Part shown: positions 42,201 to 50,805 of the stretch, in pieces | Layout of the letters: each line of letters starts with the position of its first letter | Numbering within the stretch: position 1 is the stretch's first letter | Assembly: GCA_002633005.1 (NCBI GenBank) | Contig: NMRA01000426.1 | Coordinates: forward strand, 268,506-332,505 | Reading direction: 5' to 3' | DNA length: 64,000 bases | DNA from: Phoronis australis | Taxonomy: Eukaryota; Animalia; Phoronida | Notes under the pieces: model-generated | Database searches by the model: none | The model's input: only the letters and a program-made list of their open reading frames with translations | What the model was told of the DNA's origin: nothing | Made by a program: the position numbers and the translations under genes

Positions 42201-43346
42201 GTCCATGTTTTATAGAAATGCTTTGTGGCTTGCGTTTGCCAAAACAATAACAGACTAAATCCATGCATACCACACGAGTTCACGTATTGTAGCTCTCTCA
42301 AAATAGCACTGTGTCAAATAAAACAACGAAGCGATTCACTACTTTTCCATCTTTCCTGTACCATTTGTACGACATTCGCATCAGTTCTACACTTGTCCAC
42401 GCACTAGCCAAACCTAAACATTTCTCTTAAATCTGCACTGGCTTCCTCAAGACATCACCATGGTTTGAGAGAGCCTTTTGCGGAGACGTAGAAGCCATAG
42501 CGTTCGAAAATGCCTTGCAGTAAACTATCCAACTGAACTATAATCTGAATGCCTTGTAGTAAACTATCCAACTGAACTATAATCTAAATGCCTTGCAGTA
42601 AACTATCCAACTGAACTATAATCTAAATGCCTTGCAGTAAACTATCCAACTGAACTATAATCTAAATGCCTTGCAGTAAACTATCCAACTGAACTATAAT
42701 CTAAATGCCTTGTAGTAAACTACCCAACTGAACTATAATCTGAATGTGATAATCTCATTCTGACAAATCATGTTGAAAATAAATAACTAGAATGTGCTCA
42801 CCTCCAATCATGAATCCGAAGCCTGTCAATTCAAATCACAAAAATGTGTCGGTTTTAATAAATTCATATCTTTAAGTTTGAGGTCATACATTTGTCACTT
42901 GTAAGAGATTACGTGTCACCAGAAGAAAATTCTACACCTGCTTCAGGTATAGGCGAACCTACACAGGGCCAATTTCCTTCAGAGGTGGCGCTGTAATAGG
43001 GGGTATAATTTTACTGGAGTCTGGTTGGTTGACATTCCGTTTTCTTTCAGGTGAGAAATGCTCCCTCGTCTCCGATCACGTGATTCGTCGGCGTGTCAAC
43101 CCGTACAACAAACCAGAAGTTTGCGTGTCACAGCACAAGTACCCCGTTTGCGCTGACGGATGCACCGCTGTCGAGAGCACGTATTCATCGCACGTATCAT
43201 TCTACTGCGTAGAGAGGTCGTCGTACATAGACAGTCTGATCGAAGAGAAGCAACTTCAACGCCTGGCTGAAATCAGTGTCTCTGAAGGCCAATTAAGAAA
43301 ACATCGCGTTCCCAAGGCGGAGAAATGTGTTTCGGACTCGCAATAA
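24235..43346 (+). CDS. Vg: Vitellogenin (large lipid transfer protein family), 32 exons, about 1744 aa
   Basis: Hand-assembled exons total 5235 nt and read in frame. Signal peptide MSRLALFLIFGVCFAS; Vitellogenin_N motifs (YHYAYEGQLLSGIP, WSVNMKRGALNFFQ, EDGIDGKC, RVMMLKAIGN, RIAAYL, QVGSFIYTHM, VLPRSA, GYRAEGLQ, MPTTMGVPL); Ser-rich segment; vWD domain (CFLTQDRVISFDG..CQILLAKDCS..TCGVCGN); Cys-rich C-terminus. Length fits vitellogenin rather than apolipophorin/apoB. Confidence 0.92.
24799..24819 (+). CDS. Vg: Vitellogenin exon 2 (21-nt microexon)
   Basis: catttcag|AACACTCACTTAAAGAAAAGG|gtaagt; phase 1-1, EHSLKEK. Confidence 0.75.
25765..25910 (+). CDS. Vg: Vitellogenin exon 3
   Basis: VFRAGNDYHYAYEGQLLSGIPG..RVVMQ. 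Confidence 0.9.
26387..26529 (+). CDS. Vg: Vitellogenin exon 4
   Basis: MHDINVRNIND..ELAKACEF. Confidence 0.85.
26863..27061 (+). CDS. Vg: Vitellogenin exon 5
   Basis: YERGEI..WSVNMKRGALNFFQLNL..FRVME. Confidence 0.9.
27332..27517 (+). CDS. Vg: Vitellogenin exon 6
   Basis: DGIDGKCESVY..KTRDYSRC..CASCKEFE. Confidence 0.9.
27688..27833 (+). CDS. Vg: Vitellogenin exon 7
   Basis: RKIVEPSATM..FVYTPFSVDAGGAVTLI. Confidence 0.88.
28109..28286 (+). CDS. Vg: Vitellogenin exon 8
   Basis: QTLVAVKTE..SKIQL. Confidence 0.85.
28621..28802 (+). CDS. Vg: Vitellogenin exon 9
   Basis: IGTLVNACVDK..DQMKA. Confidence 0.85.
28970..29135 (+). CDS. Vg: Vitellogenin exon 10
   Basis: RLILDILPTCGTQECV..NKIM. Confidence 0.88.
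29448..29660 (+). CDS. Vg: Vitellogenin exon 11
   Basis: LLASKL..LQRAVWLAASSLV..DKWAK. Confidence 0.88.
29879..30073 (+). CDS. Vg: Vitellogenin exon 12
   Basis: ERVMMLKAIGN..LRIQSIYCLRKLA. Confidence 0.9.
30374..30591 (+). CDS. Vg: Vitellogenin exon 13
   Basis: LPILLNPKESHEARIAAYL..QVGSFIYTHMMSLA. Confidence 0.92.
31120..31641 (+). mobile_element. 5'-truncated LINE (CR1/L2-type) 3' end in vitellogenin intron 13
   Basis: KTETGKRSFIYAATAIWNSVSPEIKRSNSINTFKLNIKKWM-stop (ORF2 C-terminus pattern), AT-rich 3' UTR, stem-loop-like GGACCCTCTT..AAGAGG and (AATAAATG)-like tail. Confidence 0.7.
31851..31942 (+). CDS. Vg: Vitellogenin exon 14 (GC donor)
   Basis: AVKCKLALLS..QFSRNMRYGSWN G|gcaagt. Confidence 0.8.
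32607..32731 (+). CDS. Vg: Vitellogenin exon 15
   Basis: WLQRGHE..SVLPRSA..LNLFE. Confidence 0.88.
33072..33227 (+). CDS. Vg: Vitellogenin exon 16
   Basis: AGYRAEGLQSIVDKYF..SKQHK. Confidence 0.85.
33406..33526 (+). CDS. Vg: Vitellogenin exon 17
   Basis: IKTATRASKDLSGSFYLKTSGNEF. Confidence 0.88.
33887..33957 (-). mobile_element. tRNA-derived SINE head
   Basis: Reverse complement has A box TGGCCTAGTGG and B box GGTTCGAGTCC at tRNA-like spacing; no clean cloverleaf. Confidence 0.55.
34026..34257 (+). CDS. Vg: Vitellogenin exon 18
   Basis: NFAKLIKEMESG..MPTTMGVPLNL. Confidence 0.9.
34539..34701 (+). CDS. Vg: Vitellogenin exon 19 (GC donor)
   Basis: AFFETRGRFGVDASLF..MDTPQQ|gcaagt. Confidence 0.82.
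35002..35133 (+). CDS. Vg: Vitellogenin exon 20
   Basis: ERRLMRLKSVPQTF..NPPNI. Confidence 0.85.
35149..35229 (+). repeat. 27-bp tandem repeat x3
   Basis: CGATAGACTTGGAGCGGCTACAAATC(A/G). Confidence 0.9.
35585..35773 (+). CDS. Vg: Vitellogenin exon 21
   Basis: FSRSWGRQQFGLEV..AYMKTK. Confidence 0.85.
35929..36200 (+). CDS. Vg: Vitellogenin exon 22 (Ser/Glu-rich segment)
   Basis: NPLSEKTHERVSSAESSAESSTESSTE..SDESSSGE. Confidence 0.82.
36398..36572 (+). CDS. Vg: Vitellogenin exon 23
   Basis: LQTKGSRKER..EEPYKLK. Confidence 0.82.
37781..37918 (+). CDS. Vg: Vitellogenin exon 24
   Basis: IKFEGRMES..KTMDFK. Confidence 0.82.
38261..38440 (+). CDS. Vg: Vitellogenin exon 25
   Basis: AVAEKSREQK..YKQCQADK..WACE..LNQIR. 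Confidence 0.85.
38774..38941 (+). CDS. Vg: Vitellogenin exon 26
   Basis: ISALWRDVMPSWMRN..RDSHQ. Confidence 0.82.
39428..39599 (+). CDS. Vg: Vitellogenin exon 27
   Basis: VDMETVLVP..ARASYH. Confidence 0.82.
39979..40130 (+). CDS. Vg: Vitellogenin exon 28 (vWD start)
   Basis: QCFLTQDRVISFDG..CQILLAKDCS. Confidence 0.92.
40543..40685 (+). CDS. Vg: Vitellogenin exon 29 (vWD)
   Basis: KVIVSVQSKEIELVP..VLISGQ. Confidence 0.85.
41015..41114 (+). CDS. Vg: Vitellogenin exon 30 (vWD)
   Basis: KILGYID..GVEVKTDGQNVRVK. Confidence 0.85.
41293..41479 (+). CDS. Vg: Vitellogenin exon 31 (vWD, TCGVCGN)
   Basis: VSPLRYPGKTCGVCGNNNGE..VVASYLL. Confidence 0.92.
42509..42746 (+). repeat. 39-bp minisatellite x6
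   Basis: AATGCCTTGCAGTAAACTATCCAACTGAACTATAATCT(A/G). Confidence 0.95.
43051..43346 (+). CDS. Vg: Vitellogenin exon 32 (Cys-rich C-terminus, stop)
   Basis: EKCSLV..VCVSQHKYPVCADGC..VSFYC..KCVSDSQ-stop; AATAAA at ~43932. Confidence 0.9.
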
Positions 43347-44773
43347 AGGATTAACGCATTCCTTCATTGCATAGATGGTAGCTGAAATGTAGGAACGTTT
43401 AAGGAATTTGTTGTTTGAATATTGCTTACCTTTTAGTCGTGTTATAACCCACTCTTATCCGGCTAGACTTCAGATATATCGTCAATGTTAAGTGAAAATA
43501 GCCTCGTCCCAAAATACACAGCGCCATTTGATCTCACAAGTTATTACGGGAAGTGCAGCTCTTCCTTGGTGATCACTGTGTTAAATCAAAAATATCATCA
43601 CAGTCGTCTTTCTAATGCTAACATAGCCTTGCGTTTACTCAGTGGGGAAAATTGTCTGTGGCCCCACCTCAAATTGGCTTACATTTCAAAACTTGGTCAA
43701 TTTCCGAGCTAAGTTTGGGACGGGACTATTATTTCACGCATTGCATAACACACCAGTATGCTCTTTGGGATTGTAGTCTTGACTTTTTTGTTAACCACTC
43801 CAGTTGTATATTTCATTTATATTCAAAATGTCATAGGGTCTGACGTGGACCGGCGTTAACAAACATTGAAGACACCATGTCTATAACTGTGTTGTAAAAT
43901 CACGCGCAAATACTGTACTGATTATAGTGTTAATAAAAAGCAGCCAAAATTACTCGATTTTATTTGAATCAAGATTTCTGTCTCACGCAGTTTTAATTGA
44001 AGATGAGACATTTTCGGTTGTGAGATGTCAACTCATATGTTTATGTGAAGAAGCTTCTTAAGTAGCCGTGTCGGAGTATTGCAAAAATCAATACTGTATG
44101 CAGCCAGTGAACTTCAAACCCGTGAATATCCAGGACGGGGAGATGCTTGTGCCCTGGCATAGAAATATAACGGAAAATCCCCCGAGCATGTAAAGCACGC
44201 GTTATTTGATTATCCTTGTAGCTGAGTCGAGCTCGGATTTAATAAGGATGTCTTCAATATATGTTCGCATAAACTTCAGATCAAAGGTCTGTTTTACTGA
44301 AATTCGATCAATGGCAGTTTTTTTGCTTCACCGATGAAACGGAATAAATGTCAGTTGTCTTAGGCTCGACTCCCTCGGCTCCAATTTTTCAACAAATGCA
44401 CTGTAATTGTTCTTGACTCAGGAACGTTACACAAACAGATATATCCTAATTAACAAGACTCTAGATCTACCTTACTCCAATAAGCTGCGCACGAATGTTC
44501 ACAGGTTAAACGGCGTTGCGTTAAGCACCCGTTTCAGTAGGCGCATGTAACAAGGTTACCGTACATTCATGAATGATGATTAAACGATAGTTCATGGCGA
44601 ACTTTACCGAGTCCCAAGGTACTGAGAAATGTAATATTACTCAGACGGAGCGATTTCACGTATTGGAGACCATCAAAACATACTCTTCAATAATTCTCAG
44701 TTTTCCAAGTAGCTCTCAAGAGTAGAATAAAAAAATCATTTACAAAATACTTACCTACATGTACATACACAGT

Positions 44774-44825
44774 CTCTTGGGTTCACCTGTTCTTGGGCTC
44801 ACCTGTTCTTGGGTTCACCTGTTCC
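44774..44825 (+). repeat. 17-bp tandem repeat x3
   Basis: TCTTGGGTTCACCTGTT. Confidence 0.8.
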
Positions 44826-46610
44826 TCGATCACCACTGACGTCACTCACTGTAAATGTAATAAAACAAGTTTAGACACTAAAAATCGGTATGGTTAGAAT
44901 TTTCTACTCATATGTGCATGGAACTCTACGAAATCAGCATCGAACAAATCTTGGAATACCTTCTTTCACTTGATCACATCAAATTGCCTTCGAGTGGTGA
45001 TTTGACGACAAAAATGTCAAAAACCCACCAAAATCACAGATTCAAGGAGGCTACTTTTGTAATGTTCATGTCAGACGACCTTAGTTCACATCCGGATTTT
45101 TCACGAACGCTCGCGGATTTCTGTTTTCGCGTGCCCACGAAGTTATTTTTTAGTGCTTTCAACATAATTTAGTGTCAATTTGAATGTCTTTAAACTCTGG
45201 TTTTGTAAAATAACTTTGTTTAAAACCGAAGAACTGCAAGTTGCTGGCTATTAACGCCGCCTACTGCGAAAACCGGCACTTGCCCATAGGTGATTTCCCG
45301 CGGCTAAACGTGCGGTCAGATATCAGAAATTTCCGCCAAAAACCGAGTGTTTGTTGTGCTTTAACCAAGGAGTTTACTTCAACCAAGAGAAGCACGTAAT
45401 GTCAAGATCAAACACAAGATACACCAGTTCTTGCAATTAGTTCTAGGGTAAGTGATAAAATGAGTTATAAGAGGAAGTAGATTACTCATAAGTGGAAGAC
45501 TAACTTTAGTCACCTGGATCATCTAAATTGAGGACAATATTCTTTATTTTGACATAGGGGTTGTGTGGTCAAACGCGAAATTTTATCTTCGGCAGGCGTA
45601 CAAGTCAAAGCATAACTCAAATGCGCCATGTTAACCGTTTAACCTCCTTGAATTCAGAGTTTTCTGATTGTTTTGGAATTCCGTCGCCAATTCGCCACTC
45701 ACAATGACAATTTAATGGGAACAGGGGAATTAATAATAGTCTTCGGAGGTTTATGCAATACCAGTTTGAGTGAGGTGCACGTAGTTTTTATTTGGGGTTG
45801 AGACAGTTTAAGTTGGGAGCCTATGTTCGGCAAAATTTTAGTATCCGACCTTTATGTTTCTTATGAGTCATCGGTAAATTCATTTGCCTGTGCCTCCAGT
45901 GACTTTATTCGAAATATTCGCAGACGACAATAAACTTTGTCACACCTCCTTTACCAGAAACTTCAAATTCGTTGACTAAACTGTAGAGGGCGCCAGGTTT
46001 CAAAGTGCGCTTAATTTTACTCCTTTGAAAGCACCAAAGACTCCCATACAGCCTCGAACATGGCTCTCGAGTTTGATTACGCTTGAAGGACCTTGAATAA
46101 AGTTTGGTAGTCGCCGTATCCCGAGTACTGCAGTGGTATACAGTAAAAGTCTCTGAGTAATGCCTATTATCAGATATTACGACTTTCCCCATTTAGCTCT
46201 CTAAAATAACACAATGCTCTGTAACCTTGGTCAACCCTCAAAAGCTTGGAGCTAATTTTAAAACCCCCTTACAAAGTCTGCTAAACGAGCAAGCGTAACC
46301 TACGCTTTAGGCGAATACGTTACACTGCAACTGTCAGAAAAGACCATCCAATAAGTACCATAATATCCATCACGTTTTGTGACGCAGTGGGTATGTGTTG
46401 TTAGTTGTAGCCTGCATGTGAGACGTCAGTGGTCTGGATCGCAGGGGGCTAAACGAGGATTGGTTGAAATCACCAAAACAGGGTTTAGTGTCCTTTTGAG
46501 AGTCTAATAAAATTTGGTAGTCAAGAGCTTGTAACGACCTCGTTTTGATGGCTACTTTATTGCGAGCGCACATGTGAAGAATAGTATTTTGTAGTTACAT
46601 CGTTTGCAAG

Positions 46611-49600
46611 AATTATTTTTCTCAAATGTGCACAAGTAATCCTCCATCCTGACCAAGCAAACATGCTCAATCTCTGGAAACCGACAGCCCTGACCGTTAC
46701 CGGGAGTCAGAGGACGACTACTTGTTCCCGATGTCAAGCAAAGCAGCAGACCCACAGCTCTTCGACGTGACTATTAACGACGTCACCCTGGCCATTACGG
46801 CAGATTCCGATGCATCTATCAATGTTTTTGAATGAAGTTGATTATTCTCCTGACCTAGTACCTCACAAAGCCAATGCTTGTGTCAGTCACCCTTCTTACC
46901 AGCGTTTTAGGTGAATTTCACGGAATGGTATATTGTGGCAATCATACCTCCAGGGCCAGATTTCTCGTCGTAAAGGGTCCTAGTACCTCCATACTTGAGT
47001 GGGAGACCTCTCAACAGCTCAAGCTACTTGCGCGTGCCAATGCCCCAATGACCTATCTGACAACTCAGATGTGCTTGCTGATTTCCCGGAAGTGACTGGT
47101 GGCACGGGACTGTGCAAGTGTGATCCAGTCAAAGTCCATGTAGACCCAGCTGTGAAGTCAGTCACGCAACCACACCGCAGAACCCTCTTTCATGTTTCGG
47201 TGAAAGTAGAAACTAAGCTCAATGAACTTGAAGAATCTGACATCATCGAGAAAGCAGAAGGTCCAACGACATGGATTTTGCCAATCGTCGTTGTACGTAT
47301 CCAAAGCCAATAACCCCGTAAACAAAGCCCATCGTCAGAGAGCACCACGTTAACACCGACAATTGACCACGTTGTAGCTGACCTGAATGGTTGCAAAATA
47401 TTCAGCAAAATCGGCCTTCGCCAAGGTTACCACCAGGTTCTGCTTCACCCTGACTCCAGACACCTTACAACATTTTCTACATACACACGCCTATGTCGAT
47501 ACAAGAGAATAAACTATGGGATGTCCTGGTCAGCGGAAATTTTCCAAAAGATCATTAGCCAGATCATTGCGAATATCCTTGGCACAAGAAACATCTGTGA
47601 TGATATCTAAGTAGGTGGGAGCGCCTGCTAGCTCGTCTTCAAGGGAAGAACCTCCGAATCAACCCAGCCAAATGCGAGTTCCGCACAAAGACCATGTTAT
47701 TCTTTGGTCAAAAAATCTCCGCAGACGAACTTTGCCTGATTCGAAGAAAGTAAACGAGATTCGGTCACTTCGACCACCAACAAAGGTGTGTGATGTGCGA
47801 AGTCTGCTGAGTTCTACAGTGTTCTGCACCAGGTACATCAAGAGTTTTGCCATTATCACCTGACCACTCAGACTGCTCACTCACCAAACCCAACCCTGGA
47901 AATGGGAGACAATGGGACGAAGGCTATTAATGAGACAATCATCTACACAGACGGAAGCCCAATCGGTCTAGGAGCTGTGCTCATGCAGAAAGGGCTCAAT
48001 TTCCCCCTGCACTTTGCCAGCTCCCCCTTGAATGCTACAAAATCACGATACCCTCTGACAGCAAAGCGCTTTCCATCTACTGGGCTATCAAACGGTTCCA
48101 CTTGTACATCTACATGGTGAACACTTCAGGCGGGTGACAGACCATAAGCTACTTATCCCATTGTTCAGTAGCCAGAAGTAAAAACCTGCTGCACGAGTTG
48201 AATGTTGGCTGTTGGAACTTCAACGGTACAAATTTACAGTTGAGTATCAGCCAGTTAAAGATAGCCCCGCAGACTACGTTTCACGACACTCCAAGGGCAC
48301 AGTGAGTAATGGGACCTGCGACAAAGCCCCTGTTGGCCGTTATGTTCTCCATCTTGCTAACCAGGCGGTACGCAAGGTGATGGCCCTGACCGAGATCCAA
48401 AGTACAACGACCGAAGACCCAACTCTGCAAGCTGTACCCGCATGTCTTAAAACAGGCCAATGGCACAAGCCTCCGGCTAATGTGGATGATTTAATCAGAT
48501 GATTAAAGAAGAGCTCACGTGCACACCTGACCATAAAATATTGCTGCAGTCAAGGCATATCATCATACCTACTTCATTACAAGCACGAACCGTCAATATT
48601 GCTCATAAGGTAAACTTGGACATAGCCAAAACCAAATACCTAATGCGCGGGAAGGTGTGGTTCCCTCTCATGGATCGTCTCATCGAGCAAAAGGTTAAGT
48701 CGAGTTGCCAGATAGCGACATTACTTTCTCTTCACGAACATCTACTGCCGAATGAGTTTGACCTTGCCAGTGTCGATTTCGCGCACATTGATGGCGAAAC
48801 TGTGATCTTCATCGACGACTTTTCACGTTTTCCCATCGTCGAAGCGGTATGATCAGCAGCAGCATTTGTGATTCCCAGGCTTGACAACATCTTTGCCATT
48901 TTGGTGCGCCAAAGGTGTTGAAATCTTATAATGGACCACAATTCAACAGTGATGACTTCGCAACATTCGCATCAGTTTTAGGCTACCAGCATCGCAAAGT
49001 AACCCCACTGTGTCCCACAGCTAACGAAGAAGTGGGTTGATTTGTGCGATTTGTGAAGAAGCATGTGAAAATTGCTCGTTCTGAAGGAACGTCATGGAAA
49101 AGATCTTTACAATCATTTCTAAGAGCTTACCGATCAGCCCCACACTGCATAATAGGCGTTTCTCCATTCAACATGTTCCTGAAGAGAATGATGTCCACTA
49201 AGTTGCCCAACCATTCAATTTCTGACACCCAACCTAATCTTGAGGCTGTTTGCAAGCGCGGCCATGCTCAAAAGATTAATATAAAAGAACATTCAGACAA
49301 ACCGTCATATGTGAAGCTATGCGAACTAAAAATTTGCGACACATTCCTGGTAAAGACCTCATATAACCTTATTAAATTAGGTTTACCCTTTCAACCGAAC
49401 CCCTTGAAGGTGGGGTTCATCAAAGGTACAATAACTATAGCCTTTGGCGATGACAGGCGCGTAGTCAGAAAGTCTTCATTCTTTAAGATCTCGCCGATGA
49501 TTGAAGTCTCCAGATGGCATTGCATTTGATGACTACTGCAAATCCCGAACCTCTAAATCAGTCTGACTCTGTTGGTGTGAAAGTATCTTCGAGCCGTATT

Positions 49601-49667
49601 GACCTGCACATGGATGAAGTCTACGAAGAAACGTGAACCTACCAAGAGACTCATAACTGAGATTTAA
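46611..49667 (+). pseudogene. Gypsy pol pseudogene (protease, RT, RNase H, integrase)
   Basis: ADSDASINV (PR); GPTTWILPIVVV, LRQGYHQV, NICDDI (RT); IYTDGSPIGLGAVL (RH); IDDFSRFP, NGPQFNS, FLRAYRSAPH (IN); many stops and frameshifts. Confidence 0.93.
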
Positions 49668-49905
49668 GAGAATGTTCCTACAACGTAGACATGTGAATAC
49701 TGAACAGTATTTACTAAGACCTTAATCGGGGATGCTAAATTGAGTACTTTCCAGAGGATTTTATATTAGTTAAGTTCCGTAATAAGTGATGTACACTTAA
49801 GTTCTAGTTTACTTTAGTTTGTGTAACGTTTTTAATAGTTTTAACAGCTACTTTATTGCGAGCGCACATGTGAAGGATAGTATTGTGTAGTTAAATCGTC
49901 TGCAA

Positions 49906-50670
49906 GTCGAAAGTATGGGTTGCTCTCTGTGGCCATTCTTATTTCTAGGATGCTGGTGGAGTTTGGGACCCGTTTCATGGTCAAATGACTTCTTCCCACG
50001 ATCAATGTTTAAGTCAAAAGTCTTCTTACTACGGTCATTATTAGGTCTGCCGTCAAGCGATTTACGCGCAAATCTGCCACGGTCAGGTTTGGGCTGGTCT
50101 ACATTCGCGACATGGTCAAGGTCACACATATCACCCATTTGTGAGTTGATGTCCTTCAAGGCACTTGCCTCAGAAAGGAACTCTGACAGCGTCCATCACT
50201 TATTGCTAGCTTTCTTGACCAGCACCTTATTGGTGGATGTTTGAATGAGATGTTCTAGGTATTCATCTTGGTCAGGGAACTCGTAATTCACTGCCTGTTC
50301 ATGTAACCTGGCTGAATATGACATTGTGGATTCGTTTGTACGGGCACGCACGGCAAGGATTATAAAATCCTTCATGGTTTTTATTCTTCTTGTGAATGAC
50401 GTGATTGTTTAGCTTGTCTACAAGTTGTTCATACACATCATTAGTCTCGCCCCCAGACGATTCTGACGCGGTTTATGACTTGTCGAGTCTCACCAGGTCA
50501 CGAGTGCCATTTATGAGAAGGCCGTCCCGTTCCCGTCTTGCGGTTTTGTGATTTGGAAAAAACAGAATTCGCGCTCGATACTTTCAATCCCTCTTTCCAC
50601 AATTTGCCTGCTTTGATATGATCCTCTGCCGTGATGAAAACCTCAGCTTTCAATCCCTCCCCCGTCGCCA
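49906..50670 (-). pseudogene. Gypsy gag pseudogene
   Basis: Starts at PBS-like TGGCGACG. Remnants AGKLWKE..IEREFCFFQIT and EYLEHLIQT..KKASNK*WTLSEFLSEA resemble gag of this Gypsy group (recognised from memory, not searched). Confidence 0.65.
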
Positions 50671-50671
50671 T

Positions 50672-50805
50672 TGTGATGTTTTGTACACTAATTAAGCTCG
50701 GTTTCGAGCCTACTGTTTATTGGACTCGCAAACGATGAAACTATACGATACTATACTTCACATGTGCGCTCTCAATAAAGTAGCTATCAAAACTAGGTCG
50801 TTACA
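50672..50805 (-). repeat. Full-length LTR (134 bp, TG...CA); partial + strand copies at 46530-46610 and 49822-49908
   Basis: TGTAACGACC..AATAAA..CATCACA followed by ATGGCGACG; the first ~80 bp recur twice in the opposite orientation. Confidence 0.85.

Larger units (their letters stand above)
46530..50805. mobile_element. Degenerate Ty3/Gypsy LTR retrotransposon (K02A2.6/Mag-like) with rearranged architecture
   Basis: Termini TGTAACGACC...GGTCGTTACA flanked by direct repeat GAGCT; pol remnants on + strand, gag remnants and a full LTR on - strand. Confidence 0.9.

Noticed and set aside
43342-43347. AATAAA overlapping the vitellogenin stop codon as the poly(A) signal
   Set aside because: Easily arises by chance from CAA TAA A; another AATAAA lies near 43932. 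Cannot be resolved without 3' end data.
46530-50805. DIRS/tyrosine-recombinase element (inverted ends plus internal repeat copy)
   Set aside because: It encodes an aspartic protease and a DDE integrase and has a TSD; no tyrosine recombinase remnant seen.
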